A stretch of DNA of 29,950 nt from a virus (Duplodnaviria; Caudoviricetes), in IMG/VR virus record IMGVR_UViG_3300008963_000020, positions 1 to 29,950 of that record; one strand, written 5' to 3'. The notes under the pieces were generated by a model. That model worked only from the letters and a program-made list of their open reading frames with translations. It had not been told where the DNA came from and ran no database searches. Within the stretch, counting starts at the first letter, position 1; each line of letters opens with the position of its first letter. The translations under genes and the position numbers were made by a program. This document shows, piece by piece, positions 18,501 to 26,500 of this stretch.

Positions 18501-19852
18501 GGCAGTTGAGCCTTAGGATATCCTTTAGGAGTTCTAGGCTCTCCTAGAATGCCGGAAGTATCTAGGGGAGATTCAACTTTAGGAACTCTACGTGGACCTT
18601 CTGCATCCTCTTCGGCCTCAGTAAACTCAGCGCCGACCTCTATTTCTTTTCCTGAATCTAGCTTGACTTTTACTTTCCCTGTTTTTGAATTAACAGAAGT
18701 AATTGTTCCAGAACCACGCTGTCTATCCCCGCCAACTACAGTACGTGCGCCGGCAGACACAAACTTGCCTCCTGCGTCGCGAGGTTGGTTTGAGGCCTTC
18801 TGAGAACGCTCTTCTTCGGTATAGTTACCGTCTTGGTCTGTAACTGGCTCCCCTGCAGCAAGCATCACCATATCAATCATGTCAAAGTCTTCTTCGTTAA
18901 GACCAGCCTCCATAAGGAATGTTTCCTCAGGGTCAATCTCTTCTAGCAAGATTGGCTCAAATGGACGCTCTTGCAAATAGGCCGAAACAATCATGGCTGA
19001 GGAGGGGTCGATAATCACATGGGTTTTTTCAACAGTATCGTACGGCTCATCTAAGGCACGGTCGTAAAAATAAATATCACTATCTACGTGACCTAGGTCG
19101 TCCCAAGAGCAGTCATCCCAGACATATACGCGACCATCAATATCAATCTTATATAGGCGGTCAATACCTGACCCATCCATGCGGACACGGGCCATAAACT
19201 CTGGACCTGCGTTCATATCTAAATCGTGAGCAACCTTAAAATCGTTTAGGTACGCGTCATACGTTTCGTCATTTGAGTAGTCCTCAAAAGCAGAAGCGGT
19301 CTTTGCTTCTTTCTTATCCTCGCGCTCCACAATGGCGGATGCCCAACGCTGACCAGCGTCTCCACCCCAAAGTGCCCATGCGATTCTGCCCGCAGAGGGG
19401 AAACCGTCTTCTCCGTACTCGTAGCCTTTAGCCTTCTTGTCTACTTCGTGACGAGGAAAATATTTTGCAATGTGGCGAACTTTTTCAATTCCAATTTGTC
19501 CACCCTTGGCCAAACGACGAGCTGTGTTGTAACCGACTCTGGTTCCACCTCGACCGTGCTCTTTACGCCACTTAAGACCTTTTTTAGCTTCCTTTTGGAC
19601 ACCGCCAGGAATAGTGTACATAGAACTTCCTGCAGCTGTGATTGAAGCTTCTACTGTAGATAGGGCCGCCGCGGCCAGCTCCTCGGTGATTGGCCCTACT
19701 GATGCATCTCTTTGGTCAGCTTTTGCGGCCATGGTAAGTAGCTCATGCTGAGAAAAGTCTTCAACTAGATTGCTGGCAACGTTAACTGCTGCATACATCC
19801 CGTCTTTCTCGAATACAGCATGCTCGTTGTTTTTACCAATAAAATTAATCAT
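15521..19852 (-). CDS. Multidomain capsid maturation (prohead) protease, 1443 aa
   Basis: Directly upstream of the capsid gene. Protease core SGDGRRF...LPVPLLWQ...GHDGSVVVGRID...GVSADLD...AATIVAKPAF (~17270-17690), with candidate His at 17561-17563 and Ser at 17417-17419. A second cluster-B-type domain follows (GHIAAW...YAYFHTG...HYDDT...GEDEFGIW...SGDWR...VNVPGFP), plus several small accessory domains. Confidence 0.85.
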   Translation of the reverse strand: MINFIGKNNEHAVFEKDGMYAAVNVASNLVEDFSQHELLTMAAKADQRDASVGPITEELAAAALSTVEASITAAGSSMYTIPGGVQKEAKKGLKWRKEHGRGGTRVGYNTARRLAKGGQIGIEKVRHIAKYFPRHEVDKKAKGYEYGEDGFPSAGRIAWALWGGDAGQRWASAIVEREDKKEAKTASAFEDYSNDETYDAYLNDFKVAHDLDMNAGPEFMARVRMDGSGIDRLYKIDIDGRVYVWDDCSWDDLGHVDSDIYFYDRALDEPYDTVEKTHVIIDPSSAMIVSAYLQERPFEPILLEEIDPEETFLMEAGLNEEDFDMIDMVMLAAGEPVTDQDGNYTEEERSQKASNQPRDAGGKFVSAGARTVVGGDRQRGSGTITSVNSKTGKVKVKLDSGKEIEVGAEFTEAEEDAEGPRRVPKVESPLDTSGILGEPRTPKGYPKAQLPGTLPPMEAGDFQQLINNWDAYVLDQRKKFKPAVTAAATQTPEETDIPAKYLALVSPDDLSAVMDLVAIVPETKESTAPVVYERKEGEWVRNDQIMADLKSATPPPVVELDEKEVLNDVLKQVDEKSVTASGVLLEYWKKNVTSIVAAGGLDRNRGNAENLRRYWTRGIGGAKIMWNTPGDWTRCVRYLSKYMGPRAKGYCQLRHKEMTGVYTGSKYNVGKKSLLSSAMFKSVEQLDSIILKQSELRARAEDAREKVALRASARREKEGAKFYIPLVIPEEADSGDGRRFKKGAIGVRDLPVPLLWQIKTGSGHDGSVVVGRIDYMEKTDKGIGNAYGVFDTGPYGREAERMVKHGFLHGVSADLDQFEAKEEKSENAEDSEMGKDKLIINKARVMAATIVAKPAFQECSISIQQSGYQEDDVTPKDGLYEESMDEFTNLEPLAASGYLAGEIPVTPPQGWFENPGLTKPTPLTVDPSGHIYGHIAAWHVSHIGLPRSTKPPRSRSKYAYFHTGVVHTDAGKDVPVGQLTLAGGHAPLSASAEDAAKHYDDTASAIADVHAGEDEFGIWVSGSLRPNVGESEVRALRASAPSGDWRPIGGALELVAVCQVNVPGFPVARAMVASGEVLALVAAGASFFAMMKSEAVTTLSTRADKLSQLAHSTPDLRERAAKAKKRLDSYSRSDIAEFKVAQMRNRISELSASEFKDYTEETREKYAEEGKALPDGSFPIADTEDLKDAIQAHGRAKDIDKAKRHIVKRARDLDREDMIPEEWGITASASSEFAEPDEEDNRQLRDAKKAADEEEELKKAEGRGGDFDPEEGREKYISGVNQPRDAKGKYRKVLARLKQDLGVSGAQKALEKAEEAYNLDFAGDYVRSAAAGSDLLVMLDRLDTKALNPEALGNVRATAAELGKAISNLPLPFGKDAEKIKYSDLPSGLKDLIEGMVNRVESKIGKEDAAIATDKLKTYMSGGDLFSQGEVQSEMSKLLRLLN

Positions 19853-20204
19853 TTACTGCAGGGCTCCTACCAAACTCATCATGCACAATCTTGGCATTTT
19901 CTATAAGGTGCTTTTCTGTTAACTTATTGTCTTTATAAAGGTCTAAAGTTTTTACATCTTTGTTGTCCCAGTCGACTTTATAGACCATATAGTTTTGCCA
20001 CTTGGTGTATCCTCTGTCCTCTTCACCGTTGAGCGGTACCCAGTTTTCTGACTGAAAGTCCCACTCGTCAACACCTAAGGGAGAATACATCCATGCTGTT
20101 TCCACTCGCCTAGTTGTAGGATGAACATAGAAAAGCACGTCCACGCCAATATCAGTCTTATCAGAGATTGGTTCAGACTTCTTTAAAAACTTGTTGCCCA
20201 TCAA
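19845..20204 (-). CDS. Hypothetical protein, ~119 aa
   Basis: GAGAAGG upstream; 3' end overlaps the protease start by 8 nt; Trp/Tyr-rich beta-like sequence. Confidence 0.75.
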   Translation of the reverse strand: MMGNKFLKKSEPISDKTDIGVDVLFYVHPTTRRVETAWMYSPLGVDEWDFQSENWVPLNGEEDRGYTKWQNYMVYKVDWDNKDVKTLDLYKDNKLTEKHLIENAKIVHDEFGRSPAVND

Positions 20205-20227
20205 TTATACCTTCTCTTGTGCTTTGT

Positions 20228-20578
20228 CTAGTCTACCACTTCAGAGCCGTCTTCAAGAGAACGAGTACCTTTACCTAGGCCTAAAGAAGCCATAGTCGGG
20301 TGCTCGCCAGTAATCTTCATTTTCTCTGAAGGGAACATTACATTGAGCAAATACACTGTTGTACGCAAATCTGTCAACGTAGTTGGTAAGTAAGGCCCCT
20401 CGGGTGTGGCGGGAAAATTCTCACCGTATTCATTTACAAGGATGTCCACGAAGGCTTGGATAGTTTGCTCCTGAGCATTTGCTTCAAAGTCATCCTTATC
20501 AGCTAAAAGCCCTTCTTCGGGAGTCCACTCGAAAGAAAGCCCGTCTAAGTTAAAACTTACTGGTTCTGTATATTCCAC
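20228..20578 (-). CDS. Small acidic hypothetical protein, 116 aa, translationally coupled to the giant gene (candidate partner/inhibitor)
   Basis: GTG start overlaps the TAG of the 2591-aa gene (TAGTG); contains an FPATPEGPYL motif. Confidence 0.7.
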   Translation of the reverse strand: MEYTEPVSFNLDGLSFEWTPEEGLLADKDDFEANAQEQTIQAFVDILVNEYGENFPATPEGPYLPTTLTDLRTTVYLLNVMFPSEKMKITGEHPTMASLGLGKGTRSLEDGSEVVD

Positions 20579-23500
20579 TAATCACTCGACCTCTCCAGCC
20601 GTTCGGCTATTGTCTTGGTATCTCCCTCTTTTGTTTTAAAAGCAAGGAGCGTACCAAGCATATAATTTACCGCATCTTGGTCATATGAGTCAACTGGTCG
20701 TCCCACCTGGTGCGAAACGTCTATTGGATTACTAAATGCAGAGTCCTCATACCACTTGCCGTCTGCTGAGTTGTAGTAGCCAGTCTTCACGTTATCAGGC
20801 ACCACCGTGTTTCGAGCATTAACATCTCTATAAATAACTGGCCTGCCATTAGGTCCTTTTGCGACCGCAAATAAGCCTTGACCGTTTATCGCCCTGTTGT
20901 TGTATGTACCAAATACTGATTCAAACAAGGTAGTGCCGAGTTCGGTTGCATTTTCGTCAGGATTGTTAGCAAGATTTGCATTCCTTCGTAAATATACTTT
21001 TGTACTGTACGGCACAGACACGTCTGAGACTAGTCCAACTTCTTTTTTAGAGTATCCGGGTAAAGTAGATAGCTCGAAAATTTCATTTCCATCTTCGTCA
21101 ACTTTCTTACTTCGGTTATATACATATGCTCCCTCAGCGCTAACTAGGTCTGGGTTAGTTTTTTGAACAAAGTGCCACAGTTCATGCAGAGCGTTGTTGC
21201 CATGAGGGCCTGACCCTCCTTGCTCGGGGAAAAGGCTAGATTTATCATTAGCTAACTGAAGACCATAACTACCATCAGTATAAACACCAAAGTAGCCTCT
21301 TCTATCATTTGATTTGCTGACACGAATTACTTTACCTTCGGATTCTAGGTCATCAATTAAGCCTTGAATTATAGGTCGTGGCATGAATTGAAGTGCATCG
21401 TTAATAGACTTTCTAAAAGTACTACTAGATGGCAGAGGCTCGTCTTGACCGAAACCGAAACTATCAAACTTATGTAGATATTTGTCTAATTTTAAAACAT
21501 TAAACTCGACACCTTGCTCCTCCAGCTCCTCTTTAAGGGCTCGGCGGAAAAGATTAGAAACCTCTGCTCTTTTATCTAAGGCTCTCTGAGACGCGGCTCT
21601 TTGCTTTTTTCGAAGTTTCTCTGTATCGGAGCGGGAACGTCCGCTTCTAACTGAGGTCTCTACTTCCAACCTAGCTGATTCTTTTTTAGCATCCAAAACT
21701 TCAATTTCTTTTTCCAACTTTTTTACATTAGCCTGGAACTCTTCGTTATCATTAAAACGTTTTACAGCTTTATTGTATACATCCTCCCCGCCAGCTCTAA
21801 ACTCTTCTACTTTGCTAAGAGCCGCATCAGTAGGACGGTAGACACCTTTTGTCTTGTCGCCTTTTACTGGAGCAACAGCCTCGCCGAACTCGCCTTTGCG
21901 AAGCTGCTCTGCAGCATCTGCTGTTGAGCGCCTCGGGATTAACTGCACGCCTGGTACCAAGTTTGAAACACTGCTAGCCGCTCCCGTCTCCCCCGCAGGT
22001 GTTGCTTTAGGAGTCGGCATTTCTTGCTTAGTGGCTATTTTGTTTAGGAGATTCCGAGCCGTTTTCGCAACTTCCTGATACTCGTTTGCAGTCAGGTCGG
22101 GGTTGTCTACAGCATTAAATATTTTTTCATACTCCTCTGACATAGATGTATCTTCATCTAAATCATCAGCACGTAGCTCACGTAGGCGGTCGGCAAGCCC
22201 TCTAAGTTTTAGTCTAGCGGCTTCAGACACAGGCTCATCATCTTTAAATGGAACTGTATCTCTAGGCTCTACTTCCTGCTTAATGTCTTCTTTATCGGGG
22301 GTCTCAAGCGCCTCTTGCTCTTCTTTCCTGTTCTGCTTAGCAAGGTCTGTCTGAAGTTCTTCCAATTCTTTTTCGGTACGACCTTCAAAGTCTTTCAGAA
22401 TCTGGTTGTCTGTCTTTCTGTAGAAGACCTTTAGCTCAGGGTCATATGCAACATCTGGTCGCTTCGATAGACGCCTCAGCGCAAGGTCCTCCTCGCGAAT
22501 CCAGTGTGAGTACTCGTCAATTTCTGAATCCTGGTCATCAGACAACTTCATGTTGTTCGTGTTGAGTCCCTCAGGCAATCTCTTACCCTTAAACTCTACC
22601 TCGGCGTAGTCAGAGAAGGTATACTTACCATCGTTGGGGTTCTCTACAGCCTTAAGAGCCACGATGCGACCCCTAGATACTACACCTTCATTATTCTTCC
22701 ACTCAACAACATCACCTACCGCTAGCTGCTTGTTGTCACGGTCAACGTGGGTAACTATCGGCCTACTTTTATCAGTTCCTCGGCCGCTGTTCAGACGTGA
22801 TTTAACGCTCGATAGGAAAGCGGATAGCTGCTCTTCATTAGCATTGGGGAACTTCTCACGCATGGAGCTTTCAAGGAAGTCATAAGCCTTATCTTTTTGC
22901 TCAGGTGTGTTAGGTAGGGTACCTACATAGCTAGCGAAAATACGCGCAGCTGCTTCTTGGTCACCATTGTCAAAGGCTGAATAGAAAGAAGGAACTTCTC
23001 CTCTACGCTGAGTCCAAAAGACTGTGTCATCTGTATTCAGCTGCTGGTTACGACCACTGAGCATAATCTTTGCGTGCTCTTCAGGGGTGCGCAGCTTCAA
23101 GTCCGTATCATTCTTTCCGGTTTCAGCAATGTTGTCGGCGTTGGCTTTGCGTAGTCTACTAATACCACCATAGGCACCACCGTATAGACGACGCTCTTTG
23201 TCTGGGTTCGATGCCAAATCAAAATCTTCGTCTGGACGCTCGATGTATTTATTTAGAAGGTTCTCAATACCGCGACTCTGCTGAGCCTTGCCACCCACAC
23301 CCACGAGAGATGCGAAGGAGTTACGAGGGCTGTAGTGGATGTATTGCTCTTTACGACCGTCAACATCAACATCAAAAACAAGCATCATCTTATTGTCGTC
23401 AGTTTCTTTGACTTTAATCTGAACGCTGACTTCTTGTCCCTCTGCGGGGCCAAACTCTTCTTTATAGGTCTTGCGGTGAACGACAATAGAGCCGTCCGAA

Positions 23501-26500
23501 GCGATTCCTGCTTCTGGGTAGTACTCCAAAAGCTTGGCTTTAATATCTTCGGGGGTACCAGAGCCTTTGGCCTCTTGAATATCCTCAGGCCTAAATGGAG
23601 TTCTATTTACTTCAGAAACACCGTTGTCATACCGCTCTAGGTCTGTAGGTATTAGACCTGCGGGGGTAGGCTGGAAGCCTTCAGGAACGTTTGTATAGAT
23701 GTCCTCGACGTCAGGAGTTGGGTCTGCAACGACTGTCTCTTCAGGCTCTTCTACATCTTCTATCTCTTCTTCGTAGTCGTCCTCGTCCTCGGTAGCTCTC
23801 CGCTCGAGCTCCAAGCGACGTCTTTCGTCTATCTTGCGGCGGGTCTCTTCTAGAGCTTCCCTAGCCTTTCTTAATTCGTCTATAGTATCGGTGAGGTCTC
23901 GGTCCTCAACGGGACGACTTCGAGGTTTTCTACGTTCTAGAGGGAGGGCGTCAGTGCCGTCCTTCTTAACCCTAGACAACCTAGCTGCCGTGGCTGCCGG
24001 GCTTACGTTACCGTCCTCAAGGTCGTCTTGGAAGTCATCATCTTTAGAGACAGCAGTTTGGATTTCCTCGAAATCAGCAGGGTCTCCTGTCTGCCTATAC
24101 CTATCTATTGCCCTCTTGACTCTTCCATCTCTGTCGTAATTCTCGAAGAACTTCTCTAGCCTGTCTAAGTTGGCATCGTCTGAGTCTTTAATTCTGTTTG
24201 GGAAGTCTGCCTCGAGCTCGTCCCATGAGTTGTATTTCTTTGTGCCAATCTGAGGATTAGTGCGTGGACGCAGCGTGATTGTTCCATCTTTGTTCTGCTT
24301 AACGTTCCAACGCTCACCGTTTACATATTTACTATATGTACCGTTTACGGTCTCTGTCCATGTTTCTACAAAACTTGGTGTCTCTGTAAACTCGGTGGGT
24401 AGCGAATCCTCAGGGACGTTATCCTTACGCATGTCGTCGACAAGCTTCTTTGCATCTACTTCTGCTTGCTCAGGGGTGGCCTTTTTCTCAGGAGTACGGG
24501 CATCTACAGGCTCGTCTTTAGCGTAAGTAATTTTTCCATCTGCCCCGTCGTGCTCAACGCTAACTACATCAATACCACTCTTGGTTCGTCCTTTACGAAC
24601 ATTAGTGACTTTTCCAAGCAGTCCGCCCTCGTCATCAAAAATCTCGTCTCCGACTTTAACGTCTGCAGCAGTCTTACCGGGTGTTCTGGTGCTAGGAGCT
24701 TCCTTTGGCTCAGGAGCCTTTGGAGTTTCTGGTTCTCTAGGAGCGGGCTCTTCCCGAGGTTCAGGCTCGCCAAACTCCAAGCGTGAGACGCGGTTGCCTT
24801 TACGGAAAGTTTTTTCGTAGGGGTCTCCGGCTTCGTCTGTTCCTATTAGAAGAACTTCGTCGTTCTCCAATCCTTCGCTGTCTTCCAAGCGGACATTTTT
24901 ACCTGTCTCCGGGTCAACAAAGAAAGTGTCGTCATCTGGGTCAAGGTCCTCAACCGCAGCTCTTCTTGTGGTTCTAACCGGCCTGTCAAAATCAGAGGGG
25001 GTGTCATCTGGGTCTACATCCAGACCATCTACATCATCGTCAAAATCGAACTCGTCGTCGTCTAGCATGCCTGAAGGGGAGAAGCTAGCTTCTTCCAGCT
25101 GTGGCATATTCCAGGCAGCTGCACCGACATCAGGTTCTCTATCCATGGCCTCGTTGGCAGGAACTACACCTTCTCTACCTTGGTAGTCGCGTAGCCACCC
25201 TAGCTTACCGAGTGACATTTTTTCTCTAGCCCTAGTTACAGCTACGTATATAGTACGCATCTCTTCCATAGACGGCATCTTAGTCTCAGAAGTAGGAGTA
25301 CCGTCTTCGGCGTTAGTTAGGGCTTCTTTTGGTTCAGGGAAGTCTTCACCAATAATGACATTATCTGCCTCCAGACCCTTCATTCGGTGAGTAGTTGTTA
25401 CTCTAACGTCATAGTCAGGGTCTTCGTCAGCCTTTGGCTTCAACCCCTCTGGCACCTTGTTAGAAATTTCAGCAATAACGCTTGCTCGCTGCTCATCGTC
25501 AGCATTAGGCATGTATTTGCTCCACACCTTGTTGGCGCCATTCCACCTAAAGCCTTTGCTCTTTATGTAGTCCTTAAACGTTGTATCGCTATCAATCTTT
25601 GCAGTGACAGCTTTAAAGTCACCAGAGATTTCTATATTGCCTTCATCATTAACTTTATAGTTTTGGCGCTGTCCGCCAATATCCAGCAGAGTGGCTTCCT
25701 CGCCTGGAGCTCCCGTAATCTCATCAGAAATTAGGTTGGATGCTCCGCCCTCCGAATCATTCAAAACCTTCAAGTTTGGAATAATATTGTCTTCGACTTC
25801 CTTCAGGCCTGCTTCCCAGTCGTTGCCTCCAATCTTGGTTAACAGGTCTATCCACTTAGAGGCTCTTGCCTCTTTGTCGATTGCAATTAAGTCCCTGACA
25901 TCCTTCATCGTTCGAAGTCCCGCGAAGTCATCGCTGTCAGCATCTCTACCGTCAGGAGTTTTTGGAGAAGCACCTCTTGAATCAAAGTCAGTGTCTTTCA
26001 ACCACTTCAAGGTGTATACAGCATTCTCTAGGTCAGTCTTAAATACTGGCAGAACACCTACACTTCTTCCTTCTTCTAATAGCTTCTGAATCTCGTTCAA
26101 TCCACCTGAATTAGAACGGACAATAATTACAGTGTCTTCATCAGGACCCATGGGGATTGCGTCCCGGTCAACAATTTCCCCGCCTTCTCCAACTGCCCTA
26201 ATTCTTGTGTCACTACCAATTAGGTTAAGAGCGGCGTTACCGGGGCCCGCTAGTTCTGGACCAAAGCGACGAACCATAGTAAGAGGTAGAACAACCTCGG
26301 CGTCTTTACTTGCTTTCTTTAGTGCGTTAATTGCACCATTCCACTCATAGATTGCCTGGTTAGGGTCTCCAACGTGGACTATTTGAACATTCTTCTGATT
26401 CTTAACTACAGCAGCAACTGCCGCGTTTGTGTCCTGAGCCTCGTCAAAAAATACTGTGTCAACTTTTTCGCCGTTGACTTCCATCTCGCTTAGGTCAGGT

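Noticed and set aside
20203-20211. GGTATAAT as a promoter for the 119-aa gene
   Set aside because: It abuts the start codon and overlaps the likely SD (GAGAAGG), too close even for a leaderless transcript. Not excluded as a promoter for the protease gene.
24560-24970. Intein/Hint domain in the giant protein (A-x-D-V-x-x-GD motif)
   Set aside because: No N-terminal Cys/Ser block, TxxH or terminal HN; better explained as SH3-like repeats.
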